A stretch of DNA of 64,000 bases from an uncultured Acidobacteriota bacterium (GCA_964442185.1 CAYTWT010000293.1:17902-81901), one strand, 5' to 3'; positions 1 to 11,911 are shown, counted from the stretch's first letter. Numbers and translations are program-made. Notes: generated from the sequence alone by a model not told the origin.

Positions 1-395
1 CCGGAGCTGATGAAGATCGAGCGCTACAGCCACGTCACGCACCTGGTGAGTTCCGTCGTCGGGGAGCTGGCGCCCGGCAGGGACGCCCTGGACGCGGTGG
101 TCGCGACGTTCCCTGCGGGAACGCTCTCGGGCGCGCCGAAGATCCGCGCGATGGAGATCATCGACGCGCTCGAGCCTGCGCGCCGCGGCTTGTATGGCGG
201 GGCCTTGGGCTACGTGGATCTCCGGGGGAACCTCGACTTCTGCATCACAATCCGCACGGTCGTGATCGAGGCCGGCCGGGCCACCTTCCAGGCCGGGGCT
301 GGGATCGTGGCGGATTCCGATCCTTTGAGCGAGCAGCTCGAGACAGAGGCCAAGGCCGGCGCGATGCTCGAGGCCCTGCGCGTGGCGGGAGAGCT

Positions 396-399
<4 letters not shown>
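1..399 (+). CDS. trpE: Anthranilate synthase component I, C-terminal fragment (gene starts upstream of window)
   Basis: ORF frame continues from position 1; C-terminal TrpE motifs [15 protein letters not shown]...LYGGALGY; overlaps trpG start (GTGA). Confidence 0.88.
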
Positions 400-994
<595 letters not shown>

Positions 995-998
<4 letters not shown>

Positions 999-1993
999 GG
1001 GAGCATCTGGCGCGCGTCCTGGCTGGAGAACGGCTCGGCGAAGCCGAGGCGGGTGAGGCCATGGCCACGATCATGGACGGCGCGGCGACGCCGGCCCAGA
1101 TCGGCGCGCTGCTGGCGGCGCTTGCCGTGCGCGGTGAGACCGAAGACGAGGTCGTAGGTTTTGCGCGCGTCATGCGAGCGCGGGCCACCAAGCTCCGCTC
1201 CCGGGGCGCCATCGACACGTGTGGCACCGGCGGCGATGGCGCGGGCACTTTCAACATCTCGACGCTGGCCTCGTTCGTCGTCGCCGCCTGCGGCGTGAGT
1301 GTCGCCAAACACGGCAACCGCTCCTCGGGTGGGCAGTGCGGGAGCGCCGATCTGCTCGAGGCGCTCGGGCTGCGGCTGGATCCCGGCCCGGAAACGGTCC
1401 AGCGCTCGCTCGACGAAGCCGGCTGGGCCTTTCTCTTTGCACCCGCCTTCCATGCCTCGACGCGCCACGCCGTGGGCCCGCGCAAGGAGTTGGGCGTGCG
1501 CACGGCGTTCAACCTGCTTGGTCCGCTCACGAACCCAGCCTTCCCTGAAGCCCAGATCGTCGGCGTGCCCAGGCCAGAGCTGGTCGTTTTCGTGTCGCGC
1601 TGCCTACGCCGGCTCGGCCTGAAGCGAGCCTGGGTGGTGCACGGCTCGGGCCTCGACGAGATCGGGCTCAGCGGGGAGACCCACGTAGTCGCCTTCGACG
1701 AGAGCGGCGATCGAGCCTTCACGATTCGCCCCGAAGAGGCTGGCCTGTCGCTGGCGCCGACGGAGGCGCTGCGTGGCGGCGACGCGGGCCAGAATGCCCG
1801 CTTGGCGCGGGCCATCCTCGAGGGAGAGGGCGGTCCAAGGCGCGACGTCGTGCTGCTCAACGCTGCGGCGGCCCTTTGCCTCGTCGGCCGGGGGGAGGAT
1901 CTGAGGAGCGGTGTTGCGCTCGCGGCGGCCGCCATCGACGACGGCCGGGCGCTTCGACTTCTGGAGCAGGTCAAGGAGATCGCTAGCACATGA
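995..1993 (+). CDS. trpD: Anthranilate phosphoribosyltransferase
   Basis: Start at in-frame ATG (MREHLARVL) overlapping trpG stop (ATGA); [20 protein letters not shown] motifs. Confidence 0.9.
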
Positions 1994-2793
1994 CCTCCGT
2001 CAGCGTGCTTGGCGAGATCGTGGCGCGGGCCCGGGCCCGCGTGCACGAGCAGCGGCGTGAGCTGCCGCTCGATCGGATTCTCTCGATGTCGCCTACGCCG
2101 GGCGGCCGCCGGGGCTTTCGCGCCAGCTTGGTGCGCCCCGATCGCATCAACGTGATCGCGGAGTTCAAGCGTCGCTCGCCCTCGAGCGGCCTGATCCGCG
2201 CCGATCTGCATCACGTGCGCGTAGCCCAGGCGTACGAGATCGCTGGCGCCGCGGCGCTATCCGTCCTCACTGAGGAAGAATACTTCGGCGGCTGCCTGGA
2301 CGACCTGCAAGAGTCCCGGGCTGCGACGCTTCTGCCCACGCTGCGGAAGGACTTTTTGGTCGACCCCTACCAGATCTGGGAATCCTGGATCGCAGGGACC
2401 GACGCCGCGCTCGTGATCGTGGCGGCGCTCTCGGATGCCGAGCTGAAGGCGCTGCTGGTCACGGCCGAGCAGGCCTCGATCGAGGCGCTCGTCGAGGTGC
2501 ACGACGAAACAGAGCTGGCGCGGGCCCTCCACGCCGGCGCCACCATCGTGGGAGTCAACAACCGCGACCTGCGCACCATGCAGGTCTCGCTTCAGACATC
2601 GCTGGATCTGGCCCCGCGCATCCCCGATGAGGTGGTCGCAATCTCGGAGAGTGGCATCCATGCGCCCGAGGACGTGCGCCGCCTGCGCGAGGCGGGCTAC
2701 GACGCAGTCCTGGTCGGCGAGCACCTGATGCGGGCGCCCGATCCCGGCGCCGCACTCGAGGCGCTGATCGCAGGGGCCTCGCAGGGCGCATGA
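1990..2793 (+). CDS. trpC: Indole-3-glycerol phosphate synthase
   Basis: NVIAEFKRRSPSSG, IGVNNRDL motifs; 4-bp overlaps both neighbours. Confidence 0.9.
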   Translation: MTSVSVLGEIVARARARVHEQRRELPLDRILSMSPTPGGRRGFRASLVRPDRINVIAEFKRRSPSSGLIRADLHHVRVAQAYEIAGAAALSVLTEEEYFGGCLDDLQESRAATLLPTLRKDFLVDPYQIWESWIAGTDAALVIVAALSDAELKALLVTAEQASIEALVEVHDETELARALHAGATIVGVNNRDLRTMQVSLQTSLDLAPRIPDEVVAISESGIHAPEDVRRLREAGYDAVLVGEHLMRAPDPGAALEALIAGASQGA

Positions 2794-3425
2794 GCCGACG
2801 CCGGCTGTTCGTGAAGATCTGCGGGATCACCACGAGCCAAGATGCGCAGCTGGCAGCGGAAGCCGGAGCCGACGCCATCGGCTTCGTGTTCTGGCCCGGC
2901 AGCCCGCGCTTCGTCGAGATCGACGCTGCGCGCGCGATCGGTGAGAAGCTGCCGGCGAGCGTGGTGCGCGTCGGCGTCTTCGTCGGCGCGAGCGGCGAAC
3001 AGATGCAGCGCACGGCGGACGCAGCGCGTCTCGATCTCCTCCAGCTTCACGGCGACGAACAGCCTGGTGCACTGCCGGCGCTGTGTCGCCCGGCCTGGAA
3101 GGTGCTGCGCGTCGGATCCGAGCTGGCACCGCACGAGATCCGGCGTTGGGCCGGGCGCGTCTCGGGGATCCTGCTCGATACGCGCTCCACGTCGGCGCCC
3201 GGGGGCACCGGCGAAAGCTTCGATTGGTCGCTGGCACGGATGGCGCGCGAGCATGCCGGCTTTCTGATGTTGGCCGGAGGCCTGCGCGCCGACAACGTGA
3301 GAGGCGCGATCGATGTCGTCCAACCCGACGGCGTCGATGTGTCGAGCGGCGTCGAGGCGAGCCCGGGCCGAAAGGACGCGGCAAAGGTGCGGGCGTTCGT
3401 GGCCGCGGCGCGGGCGACGGCATGA
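2790..3425 (+). CDS. trpF: Phosphoribosylanthranilate isomerase
   Basis: LFVKICGIT...[12 protein letters not shown] signature. Confidence 0.88.
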   Translation: MSRRRLFVKICGITTSQDAQLAAEAGADAIGFVFWPGSPRFVEIDAARAIGEKLPASVVRVGVFVGASGEQMQRTADAARLDLLQLHGDEQPGALPALCRPAWKVLRVGSELAPHEIRRWAGRVSGILLDTRSTSAPGGTGESFDWSLARMAREHAGFLMLAGGLRADNVRGAIDVVQPDGVDVSSGVEASPGRKDAAKVRAFVAAARATA

Positions 3426-4597
3426 GCGTCGTGCCGGACGACAAGGGCCGCTTCGGACCCTACGGTGGACGCTACGTGCCCGAGACGCTTGTCGAACCAC
3501 TCGTCGAGCTGGAAGCCGCCTACGCCGAGGCCCGGCGCGACGTCGCGTTCCGGAAGGAACTTCAGGAGCGGCTGCGCGATTTCGTAGGGCGGCCGACACC
3601 GCTCACGTTCGCCGAGCGTCTCTCAACTCGCCTTGGCTGCCGCGTCTACCTCAAGCGCGAGGACCTGTGCCACACGGGGGCCCACAAGATCAACAACGCG
3701 CTCGGCCAGGGCCTGCTCGTGAAGCGCATGGGCAAGACGCGCGTGGTGGCCGAGACCGGGGCCGGTCAGCACGGCGTCGCGACCGCGACGGTCTGTGCGC
3801 TGCTCGGCCTCGAGTGTGTCGTCTACATGGGCACCGAGGACATGGCGCGCCAGGCGCCGAATGTCCAGCGCATGCGGCTGCTCGGCGCTGAGGTGCGCGG
3901 CGTCGACTCGGGCACGCGGACGCTCAAGGACGCGATCAACGAGGCCATGCGGGACTGGGTCACGAACGTGCGGACGACCCACTACCTGCTGGGCTCGGCC
4001 CTGGGCGCCCACCCATACCCGATGATGGTGCGCGACTTCCAAGCCGTGATCGGCGAGGAAGCGCGCATGCAGGTGCTCGGCCAGGCCGGCACGCTGCCCG
4101 ACCTGTTGGTCGCCTGCGTGGGCGGCGGTTCGAACGCGATCGGCCTCTTCACCGCCTTCCTCGACGACCCGGTCGCCATGTTCGGGGTCGAGGCCGGCGG
4201 CCGCTCGAGCAAGCCCGGCGATCATGCGGCCCGCTTCCTCGCCGTCGGCGCCGGCGTCGGCGTGCTTCACGGAACGCGCACGTACCTCCTGCAGGACGCG
4301 GCCGGCAACGTGCTGCCGACGCACTCGGTCTCGGCCGGTCTCGACTACCCGGCCGTCGGCCCCGAGCACGCGATGCTCCACGATCAGGGCCGCGTCACCT
4401 ACGACAGCGCGTCCGACGACGAGGCGCTGGCCGCGTTCCACCTGCTGAGCGAGATCGAGGGCATCGTTCCGGCGCTGGAGTCGTCCCACGCCATTGCATG
4501 GCTGGTGCGCTCGGCGTCGTCGTTCCCTGGCCAGCTGGCAATCCTCAACTTGAGCGGACGCGGCGACAAGGACCTGGGCATAGTCGAGGGCCGATGA
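3422..4597 (+). CDS. trpB: Tryptophan synthase beta chain
   Basis: Start at ATG ([23 protein letters not shown]) overlapping trpF stop; [12 protein letters not shown]-lysine motif. The long upstream extension in the ORF track is out-of-operon artefact. Confidence 0.92.
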   Translation: MSVVPDDKGRFGPYGGRYVPETLVEPLVELEAAYAEARRDVAFRKELQERLRDFVGRPTPLTFAERLSTRLGCRVYLKREDLCHTGAHKINNALGQGLLVKRMGKTRVVAETGAGQHGVATATVCALLGLECVVYMGTEDMARQAPNVQRMRLLGAEVRGVDSGTRTLKDAINEAMRDWVTNVRTTHYLLGSALGAHPYPMMVRDFQAVIGEEARMQVLGQAGTLPDLLVACVGGGSNAIGLFTAFLDDPVAMFGVEAGGRSSKPGDHAARFLAVGAGVGVLHGTRTYLLQDAAGNVLPTHSVSAGLDYPAVGPEHAMLHDQGRVTYDSASDDEALAAFHLLSEIEGIVPALESSHAIAWLVRSASSFPGQLAILNLSGRGDKDLGIVEGR

Positions 4598-5370
4598 CGC
4601 GCATTGGCCGGAGGTTCGACGCGCTCCAACGCGATGGCAAGAAAGCCTTCGTCGGCTTCGTGACCGCCGGGGACGTATCCCTCGACCACACGGTGGACGT
4701 GGCGCTCGCTATCGAAGCCGGCGGCTGCGACATTCTCGAGCTCGGCGTGCCGTTTTCGGATCCGCTCGCCGATGGGCCGGTGATCCAGCGTGCCAGCGAG
4801 CGGGCCCTCCGCCAGGGCACGACCCTGGCCGGCGTCCTCGATGCCGTGCGGCGGATCCGCAGGACAAGTGACTTGCCACTCGTTCTCTTCAGCTACCTGA
4901 ACCCGCTGCTGCGCTACGGCCTGGAGCGGCTCGCCCATGAGGCGGCCGACAGCGGCGTGGACGGTGTGCTGGTCACGGACCTGCCGCCCGAGGAAGCGAA
5001 CGGATGGCTGGACACGGCCCGGAGCGCGAGCCTCGACAGCGTGTTCCTGGCATCGCCGACTAGTCCGGATGCACGCCTCACGCTCGTGGCCGGCGCGTCG
5101 AGCGGTTTCATCTATGCTGTGAGCCGCACGGGCGTTACGGGCGAGCGCGACACGATCTCGGAGGAGGCGCGCCCGCTGGTCGAACGCCTGAAGGCGCTGA
5201 CCGCCGACCCGGTGGTATTGGGCTTCGGCCTTTCGACGCCGGAACAAGTCGGTGCCGCCGCAGCGGTTGCGGACGGCGTCGTGGTCGGCAGCGCCCTCGT
5301 CCGTTTCCTCGAAGAGCATCCGGAGGGCGACGTCGCTGAGAGGGTGAGATGGCTGAAGAGCGGGATCTGA
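4594..5370 (+). CDS. trpA: Tryptophan synthase alpha chain
   Basis: Start ATG (MTRIGRRFD) overlapping trpB stop (ATGA); FVTAGDVS...[17 protein letters not shown] motif. Confidence 0.9.
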   Translation: MTRIGRRFDALQRDGKKAFVGFVTAGDVSLDHTVDVALAIEAGGCDILELGVPFSDPLADGPVIQRASERALRQGTTLAGVLDAVRRIRRTSDLPLVLFSYLNPLLRYGLERLAHEAADSGVDGVLVTDLPPEEANGWLDTARSASLDSVFLASPTSPDARLTLVAGASSGFIYAVSRTGVTGERDTISEEARPLVERLKALTADPVVLGFGLSTPEQVGAAAAVADGVVVGSALVRFLEEHPEGDVAERVRWLKSGI

Positions 5371-5684
5371 GGGCGGGCCCGCTTCGAGTGGAAGCAGCGG
5401 TGGCCGAGTGGCGCCAGCGCATCGACCAGATCGATACGCAGCTCATGGGCCTGCTGAACAGCCGGTCCGCCTGCGCGGTCGAGATCGGCCGGGTCAAGCG
5501 GGCCCTGGGCCTGCCGATCTACTCGCCGGAGCGGGAAGCGGAGATCCTCGAACGCGTCATGCGCGAAAACCCCGGCCCGCTCGACGCGCTCGCCGTGCGC
5601 CGGGTTTTCGAGCGCATCATCGACGAGAGCCGCCGTTTGGAGCGGCTCGCTGGCCAAGACGCCCACGAGCCGCAGGAACCCTAG
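5349..5684 (+). CDS. Chorismate mutase (AroQ class)
   Basis: RQRIDQIDTQLMGLLNSR...EREAEILERV AroQ helix-bundle signature; 22-nt out-of-frame overlap with trpA end. Confidence 0.8.
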   Translation: MAEERDLRAGPLRVEAAVAEWRQRIDQIDTQLMGLLNSRSACAVEIGRVKRALGLPIYSPEREAEILERVMRENPGPLDALAVRRVFERIIDESRRLERLAGQDAHEPQEP

Positions 5685-5699
5685 TCAGGAGCAGGCGCA

Positions 5700-6740
5700 A
5701 TGGTCATCGTGATGGAGAAGGCCGCCAGCGAGGAACAGGTCCAGAAGGTCATCGAGTCGCTCGTCGCGGCGGGCTACGACGTGCACCGCTCGACTGGAGT
5801 CAGCCACACGGTCCTCGGCGCGGTGGGCACGCCTAGCCGCGTCGTCGACCCGAGCTCGCTCGAGATGTTGCCGGGGGTTCGCGAGGTCGTGAAGATCTCG
5901 GAGCCCTACAAGCTAGTGGGGCGCACCTTCAAGCGCGAAGATACAGTCGTGAACGTGTCGGGTACCCTGTTGGGCGGCCGCGAGGTGGTCGTGATGGCCG
6001 GGCCCTGCTCCGTCGAGTCGCGCGAGCAAGTGGGGAGGGTCGCGAAGGCGGTCCAGTCCGCGGGCGCACGTGTCTTGCGCGGCGGCGCCTTCAAGCCGCG
6101 AACCTCGCCCTACGCGTTTCAGGGTCACGGCGAGCAAGCCCTGCTCTGGATGCGCGAGGCGGCCGACGCGAACGGCCTCACGGTGATCAGCGAAGTGATG
6201 GACCCTCGCGCGCTCGAGATGATGTTGCGCTACGTCGACTGTCTCCAGGTCGGGGCGCGCAACATGCAGAACTTCGACCTGCTGAAGGAGCTGGGTAGAG
6301 TGCGCCGGCCCGTGCTGCTGAAGCGCGGCCTCTCGGCCACGATCGAGGAGTGGCTGCTGTCGGCCGAGTACATGCTTGCCGGCGGCAACCTGCAGATCAT
6401 TCTCTGTGAGCGCGGGATCAGGACTTTCGAGAGCGCCACGCGCAACACCCTCGACATCTCGGCGATCCCGGTGGTCAAGAAGCGAAGCCATCTGCCGATC
6501 GTCGTCGACCCGAGCCATGGAACCGGCCGGCGCGATATGGTGATCCCGATGGCCCGGGCGGCAATCGCCGCGGGCGCCGATGGCCTGCTGATCGAGGTCC
6601 ACAACGATCCCGACCGGGCGCTTTCCGACGGCGCCCAGAGTCTCTATCCTGAGCAGTTCGAGGCGCTGATGGGGGAGCTGCGCGTGATCGCGCCGGTGCT
6701 CGGCCGGAGCCTGCCACTGGCACGCGCTCTCACATCGTGA
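5700..6740 (+). CDS. 3-deoxy-7-phosphoheptulonate (DAHP) synthase, type I-beta with N-terminal ferredoxin-like regulatory domain
   Basis: N-terminal ~70 aa regulatory domain then NVSGTLLGG...VVMAGPCSVES...KPRTSPY catalytic core as in Thermotoga/Bacillus DAHPS. Confidence 0.85.
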   Translation: MVIVMEKAASEEQVQKVIESLVAAGYDVHRSTGVSHTVLGAVGTPSRVVDPSSLEMLPGVREVVKISEPYKLVGRTFKREDTVVNVSGTLLGGREVVVMAGPCSVESREQVGRVAKAVQSAGARVLRGGAFKPRTSPYAFQGHGEQALLWMREAADANGLTVISEVMDPRALEMMLRYVDCLQVGARNMQNFDLLKELGRVRRPVLLKRGLSATIEEWLLSAEYMLAGGNLQIILCERGIRTFESATRNTLDISAIPVVKKRSHLPIVVDPSHGTGRRDMVIPMARAAIAAGADGLLIEVHNDPDRALSDGAQSLYPEQFEALMGELRVIAPVLGRSLPLARALTS

Positions 6741-7507
6741 GCGAGGCCGCCATAGTCGTAGAGGGCCTCACCAAGGTCTTCAAGGAAAAGACCGCGGTCG
6801 ATCGCCTCTCGTTTCGGGTGGCACGCGGGTGCTTCTTCGGTTTTCTCGGACCCAACGGCGCGGGCAAGAGCACGACGATCAAGATGCTCACCGGCCTGCT
6901 GCGGCCGACCTCGGGAGACGCCGTCATCGAGGGCCTTCGGCTCTCGCAGAACCTGCTCGGCGTGAAAGGCCTGATCGGCGTCCTGCCCGAGGAGCTACCG
7001 CTCTACGAGCGCCTCACGGGCGAGGAGTATCTGCACTTCGCCGGCCGCATGTACGGGCTGGGCCGGGCCGAGGTTCGGCGGCGGAGCGAGGAACTGCTGG
7101 AGTTTCTGTCGCTCGAGGGCGATCGCCGCAAGCTGCTCCTTGACTACTCGCAGGGCATGAAGAAGAAGGCAGCCCTGGCCGCGGCCCTCATCCACAATCC
7201 GCGGGTGCTCTTCCTCGACGAGCCCTTGAATGGCATCGATCCGATCTCGGGCCGCGTGGTGACTGACCTGCTCCGGCGCATGGCCCAGAAGGGCGTCACG
7301 CTGTTCTTCACCACCCACGCCCTCGACGTCGCCGAGCGGCTGTGCGACGAGGTGGCTGTAATCGACCACGGGCGGATCGTGGCCCAGGGGACGCTCGATG
7401 AGATCCGAGCGCAGCGCCAGGTCGAGGGTGGCGCCAGCCTCGAAGACGTGTTTCTGAAGCTGGTGGCGGCTGACGTGCGGAGGGATGACCTCTCGTGGCT
7501 CGGCTGA
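6737..7507 (+). CDS. ABC transporter ATP-binding protein (ABC-2 / exporter type)
   Basis: Walker A GPNGAGKST, ABC signature and Walker B FLDEP; start overlaps DAHPS stop. Confidence 0.85.
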   Translation: MSEAAIVVEGLTKVFKEKTAVDRLSFRVARGCFFGFLGPNGAGKSTTIKMLTGLLRPTSGDAVIEGLRLSQNLLGVKGLIGVLPEELPLYERLTGEEYLHFAGRMYGLGRAEVRRRSEELLEFLSLEGDRRKLLLDYSQGMKKKAALAAALIHNPRVLFLDEPLNGIDPISGRVVTDLLRRMAQKGVTLFFTTHALDVAERLCDEVAVIDHGRIVAQGTLDEIRAQRQVEGGASLEDVFLKLVAADVRRDDLSWLG

Positions 7508-9096
7508 TCGCCCTGGTGCTGCTGCGCTTCAGGATGGACGTCCGGGCCATCCTTGGCGCCCGCGAGCGGATTTTCGGCTTGATGTTGCTGGTCCCGGGCC
7601 TGCTGTTCTTCTCGGCGCTCTGCTGTTTCGTGGCGCTCTTCGGTGTGCGCGCGTTGGAAGTAGCGCAGCCCGAGGCGCTCGTCCCGGTGCTTTCGGCGGC
7701 CGCCTCGGTCATCGGTCTATTGTGGTGTCTCTCCCCGCTGCTCGCCGGCGTTGCCTTCACGGAAAGCCACGACATGACGCGGCTGCTCCATTTTCCGATC
7801 CCGCTCTCGACGCTTGTGGCCTCGTCGCTCGTCGCCAATCTCGCGCAGCCCGCCGTCCTCGCTGAGCTCCCGATGCTGCTGTGCCTTGCGCTGGCCACGG
7901 CGGGCCTCTCCGTCCGGCTACCCTTCGCCTTCGCGGGCGTCACGCTGAGCTTTCTCGCGATCCTGGCGCTGGCGCAGGTGAGCGGCCTCGTGATCCACGC
8001 CCTCTCGCGGAACCGACGGCTCCACGACATCGCGCTATCCTTCGGGATCGTATTCGGATTCGCCCTGAGTCTCGCGCCGCTCTTACTTCTGACACGCGGC
8101 CTGCCGGCACTCGGGGGAGTGCTTGGGTTTGTGGTGCGAACCGACCTCTTCGCGCTCAGCCCGTTTGGCTGGGGGGTGAGGGCCGCAGTGTACGCCGGCC
8201 GCGGCCAGCTGGCCGCCTGTGCAGGTTTCTCGCTCCTCGGCGTGTTCGCGATCGCCGCTGCGATGGGCGCCTCGACGCATCTCATCCATCGTATCTATCG
8301 CGGCGACGTCAGTCTCGAGGCCGGAACGCGCTCGGCGGGTGCCTCGCGCATGATCTTCGGCGGGCCTATCGGAGCGCTGCTCGAGAAGGACGTGCGTTCG
8401 GCCTGGCGCGATCCGGCCCTGAAGACGCTGCTGCTGATCGGTTTCAGCGGGCCGCTCTTCTTCCTATTCGTGATCACCCAGGCGCCTCTGGACTGGCATT
8501 CCGGGCGTCCGCTCCTGTTCCTGGCGATGCTCGTCGGGATCTCCAGCTTCGGCGCCAACGCGCTCGGCTTCGAGCGCCGTGGCATCGGCCTGCTGCTGAG
8601 CTTCCCGGTGCCACGCGAGAAAGTGCTCGTGGCCAAGAACCTCTCGGCGACCCTGTTCCGGCTGCCGAGCTTCGTAACGCTCACGATCGCGACGCTGGCT
8701 CTTGCCTCGCCCGTGCTTCTGCCGGCAGTCCTGACAGTGGCGGTGGTGACGATGCTGCAGGCCGCGGCCGTAGACAACTACCTTTCCATCCTCTTTCCCG
8801 TGGCCATTCCGGAGCCGGGCAAGAACCCGTACGGCGGGACCGCGGGCGGTGGCCGTGGCCTGGCGGCATCGGTGATGGCGATGCTGACGCTCGGCATAGC
8901 CCTCCTGCTCACCGCGCCGTTTGCGTTCCTGGCCTGGCTGCCGCTGCTCCTGCGGCAGCCGAGCCTCTGGTTCGTGACGCTGCCGCTGGCGCTGGCCGGC
9001 GCGGCTGCCGTTTATGCCATGCTGGTAGTGGGCGCCGCGCGTCTGTTCTCGCGCCGCGAACCAGAGCTGCTCGAACGGATTCTGGGCGAGTCGTGA
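7495..9096 (+). CDS. ABC transporter permease, polytopic (about 12 predicted TM segments)
   Basis: Highly hydrophobic 533-aa ORF translationally coupled to ATPase (13-nt overlap) and to tyrA. Confidence 0.7.
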   Translation: MARLIALVLLRFRMDVRAILGARERIFGLMLLVPGLLFFSALCCFVALFGVRALEVAQPEALVPVLSAAASVIGLLWCLSPLLAGVAFTESHDMTRLLHFPIPLSTLVASSLVANLAQPAVLAELPMLLCLALATAGLSVRLPFAFAGVTLSFLAILALAQVSGLVIHALSRNRRLHDIALSFGIVFGFALSLAPLLLLTRGLPALGGVLGFVVRTDLFALSPFGWGVRAAVYAGRGQLAACAGFSLLGVFAIAAAMGASTHLIHRIYRGDVSLEAGTRSAGASRMIFGGPIGALLEKDVRSAWRDPALKTLLLIGFSGPLFFLFVITQAPLDWHSGRPLLFLAMLVGISSFGANALGFERRGIGLLLSFPVPREKVLVAKNLSATLFRLPSFVTLTIATLALASPVLLPAVLTVAVVTMLQAAAVDNYLSILFPVAIPEPGKNPYGGTAGGGRGLAASVMAMLTLGIALLLTAPFAFLAWLPLLLRQPSLWFVTLPLALAGAAAVYAMLVVGAARLFSRREPELLERILGES

Positions 9097-9845
9097 AGGT
9101 TGCGATCGTGGGTCTGGGTCTGATCGGCGGCTCGCTGGCGCGCGCCCTCGCGAGGCAGGGTGTGCGCGTCATCGGCGTCGATCGGCCGGCCGTGTGCCGC
9201 GCGGCGCGGAAGGTGCGGGCGATCGCCTCGGTGGCATCCCTCGCGACCGCGGCGCAAGAAGCGGACGTCTTGGTACTCGCGGCCTCTCCGAGCGCCAACC
9301 TGCGGCTGCTGGGGCAGCTCGCGCGCTTCGCGGCGGGGCCTCTCGTCATCACCGACGTCAGCAGCGTAAAGAGCCCCATCGTCCGCGAGGCGCTGCGCTT
9401 GAAGCTGCGGCGCTTCGTCGGAGGCCACCCGATGGCCGGCAGCGAGCACTCCGGGTTCGCGGCGTCCGCGGCCGGGCTATTCCAGCGCCGCCCGTGGATC
9501 CTGACGCCCGCCGCCGATCCGCGTGCAACTCGCAGCGTGAGCGCGCTCGTGCGTCGCGTCGGAGCGCGCCCGGTCCAACTCGGGGCCGCCGACCACGACC
9601 GGCTCGTCGCGCTGATCTCGCACGTGCCGCAGATCGTGTCCTGGGCGCTGTTCGAGACGGCCGCCGCCGATCGGGTGGTGAGGGGCCGTCTCCACCTCGC
9701 CGGCCCGGGCTTCCTGGACATGACGCGGCTGGCGCGTAGCCCGCGCGCGCTCTGGAAGGAGATTCTCGGGAGCAACGCTCGTGAGGTGAGGCGAGGGCTG
9801 TCGGCACTCCGGCGGGCCCTTTCCCGTGACGGAGTTTGGGGCTAA
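9093..9845 (+). CDS. tyrA: Prephenate/arogenate dehydrogenase
   Basis: GTG start overlapping permease stop (GTGA); VAIVGLGLIGGSLA NAD Rossmann, FVGGHPMAGSE catalytic motif. Confidence 0.8.
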   Translation: MKVAIVGLGLIGGSLARALARQGVRVIGVDRPAVCRAARKVRAIASVASLATAAQEADVLVLAASPSANLRLLGQLARFAAGPLVITDVSSVKSPIVREALRLKLRRFVGGHPMAGSEHSGFAASAAGLFQRRPWILTPAADPRATRSVSALVRRVGARPVQLGAADHDRLVALISHVPQIVSWALFETAAADRVVRGRLHLAGPGFLDMTRLARSPRALWKEILGSNAREVRRGLSALRRALSRDGVWG

Positions 9846-9884
9846 GCTGCGCGCCTCGGGGCAGGCGTTGTGAGGAGACACGCC

Positions 9885-10430
9885 ATGAGCATCAGAAAAG
9901 TCCTTACAGGAGTGGTGCTGCTCGCGCTGGTGGGCGCAGCGCAGCCGGGCGCACAGGAGATGCCGAAGCCGGGGCCGGAACACGCGGTCCTCAAGCAGGA
10001 CGCTGGGACCTGGGACGCCACGGTCGAGGCCTGGATGGCGCCGAACACGCCGCCTTCCATTTCGAAGGGGGTCAGCGAGAGCCGGGTTCTCGGAGGCTTC
10101 TGGCTGATCGAAGACTTCAAAGCCGAGTTCATGGGACTACCCTTCGAGGGCCACGGGACCACGGGCTACGACGCCGCAAAAAAGAGGTACGTCGGGACCT
10201 GGGTGGACTCGATGTCGCCCGGCCTCAACACCTCGGAGAGCACCTGGGACCCGGAGGCGAAGACGATGTCCGGTTACAACGAAGGACCCGGCCCCGACGG
10301 CAAGCCGGCCAGGAGCCGCGGTGTCACGCATTGGCCGGATGCGGACACCAAGGTCTTCAGCATGTACCAGCCCACCCCGGACGGCAAGGAGTTCCTGATG
10401 ATGCGCATCACTTACAAGCGGCGTAAGTAG
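9885..10430 (+). CDS. Secreted DUF1579-family protein
   Basis: AGGAGA SD + ATG; signal peptide MSIRKVLTGVVLLALVGAAQPGA; DUF1579-like composition. Confidence 0.7.
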   Translation: MSIRKVLTGVVLLALVGAAQPGAQEMPKPGPEHAVLKQDAGTWDATVEAWMAPNTPPSISKGVSESRVLGGFWLIEDFKAEFMGLPFEGHGTTGYDAAKKRYVGTWVDSMSPGLNTSESTWDPEAKTMSGYNEGPGPDGKPARSRGVTHWPDADTKVFSMYQPTPDGKEFLMMRITYKRRK

Positions 10431-10496
10431 GCCAGGCCGACAACCGGTTGCGGGCCGGTCTGGGTCGTAGCGGTCCGAGGGGCAGGGGGGAGGTCG

Positions 10497-11861
10497 ATGT
10501 TGAACAAGCTGATGAGGGACGCGGCGGAAGCCGTCCGAGACATCCCCGACGGCGCCTCGATCATGGTGTCGGGCTTCGGCCTGTGCGGGATTCCCGAGAA
10601 CCTGCTCACGGCGCTGCGCCAGCACGGGGCCCGGAACCTCACGATGATCAGCAACAACGCCGGCACGAACGACTTCGGGATCACGATCCTGCTGCAGAAC
10701 AAGCAGGTGCGCAAGATGATCTCGACCTACGTCGGCGAGAACAAGGTCTTCGAGAAGATGGCCCTGGCGGGCGAGATCGAGGTCGAGCTGAGCCCGCAAG
10801 GCACCTTCGCCGAGCGCATGCGCGCGGGTGGCGCCGGCGTTCCGGCGTTCTTCACACCCACCGGCTACGGCACGCTCATCGCCGAGGGCAAGGAGGTGCG
10901 CTGGTTCGGCGGCAGGCCCCACATCCTGGAAACGGGCCTCCGCGCCGACTATGCCTTCGTCAAGGCATGGAAAGGCGATCAGGCGGGCAACCTCCTGTTC
11001 CGCCGCACCACCCGCAACTTCGCGCCGGTGATGGCGATGGCGGCGAGGTGCACGATCGCCGAGGTGGAGCAGGTCGTGCCGGCGGGCGGCATCGATCCCG
11101 ATTCGGTGACGACGCCGGGGATATTCGTGCAACGCGTGTTCCAGGGCAAGAACTACGAGAAGCGCATCGAGAAGCGCACGCTGCTCGGTGGCGGCGGGGT
11201 CGAGATCGATCCCAGGCGCGAGCGCATCGTGAGGCGCGCCGCGAAGGAGATGAAGGACGGCTTCTACGTGAACCTGGGCATCGGCATGCCGACACTCGCG
11301 GCCAACTATCTCCCGGAGGGCGTTAAGGTCGTGCTTCACTCCGAGAATGGCATGCTGGGTGTGGGGCCGTATCCGGCGCCGGGCCAGGAGGACCCCGACC
11401 TGATCAACGCCGGCAAGGAAACCGTCACCGAGTTGCCTGGCGCGTCGTACTTCTCGAGCGCCGACTCCTTCGCGATGGTGCGTGGCGGCCACGTCGACCT
11501 CACGATTCTGGGCGCGCTCCAGGTCGACAAGGCGGGCAATCTCGCCAACTGGATGATCCCGGGCAAGATGGTCAAGGGGATGGGCGGGGCCATGGATCTG
11601 GTCTCGGGTGCGAAGCGCGTCGTCGTGACGATGGAACATTCTGCAAAGGACGGCTCGCCCAAGATCCTCGACTACTGCACCCTGCCCCTGACCGGCCAGC
11701 GCTGCGTCAACGTCATCGTCACCGAGATGGCGGTGATCGAGGTCGTGAAAGAGGGTCTGCTGCTCAAGGAAATCGCCCCCGACACGAACCTAGAGGCCGT
11801 GAAGAAGGTCACTGGAGCCGTGCTGATCGTCGACCCGGCCTTGAAGAGCATGGAGTTCTAG
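10497..11861 (+). CDS. 3-oxoacid CoA-transferase, fused subunit A + subunit B (ScoA/ScoB-like)
   Basis: N-half matches CoA-transferase A ([13 protein letters not shown] region), C-half matches subunit B (ending ...LIVDPALK) in one 454-aa ORF. Confidence 0.85.
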   Translation: MLNKLMRDAAEAVRDIPDGASIMVSGFGLCGIPENLLTALRQHGARNLTMISNNAGTNDFGITILLQNKQVRKMISTYVGENKVFEKMALAGEIEVELSPQGTFAERMRAGGAGVPAFFTPTGYGTLIAEGKEVRWFGGRPHILETGLRADYAFVKAWKGDQAGNLLFRRTTRNFAPVMAMAARCTIAEVEQVVPAGGIDPDSVTTPGIFVQRVFQGKNYEKRIEKRTLLGGGGVEIDPRRERIVRRAAKEMKDGFYVNLGIGMPTLAANYLPEGVKVVLHSENGMLGVGPYPAPGQEDPDLINAGKETVTELPGASYFSSADSFAMVRGGHVDLTILGALQVDKAGNLANWMIPGKMVKGMGGAMDLVSGAKRVVVTMEHSAKDGSPKILDYCTLPLTGQRCVNVIVTEMAVIEVVKEGLLLKEIAPDTNLEAVKKVTGAVLIVDPALKSMEF

Positions 11862-11884
11862 GCTTCCTTCCCAGAGAGCCGGGA

Positions 11885-11911
11885 TTGACAAGTCCGGCTG
11901 TCTTTTACTAT
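11885..11911 (+). promoter_or_regulatory. Candidate sigma-70 promoter for rho (TTGACA-N15-TACTAT) followed by ~80-nt leader with GAGCGAG/CTCGCTC hairpin
   Basis: Consensus -35 hexamer in AT-richer intergenic region 130 bp upstream of rho ATG. Confidence 0.35.

Noticed and set aside
7881-9092. 5' 1.2 kb of the 654-aa ORF 7881..9845
   Set aside because: Only the last ~250 codons (from GTG 9093) have prephenate-dehydrogenase homology; upstream part is an off-frame read-through of the ABC permease gene.
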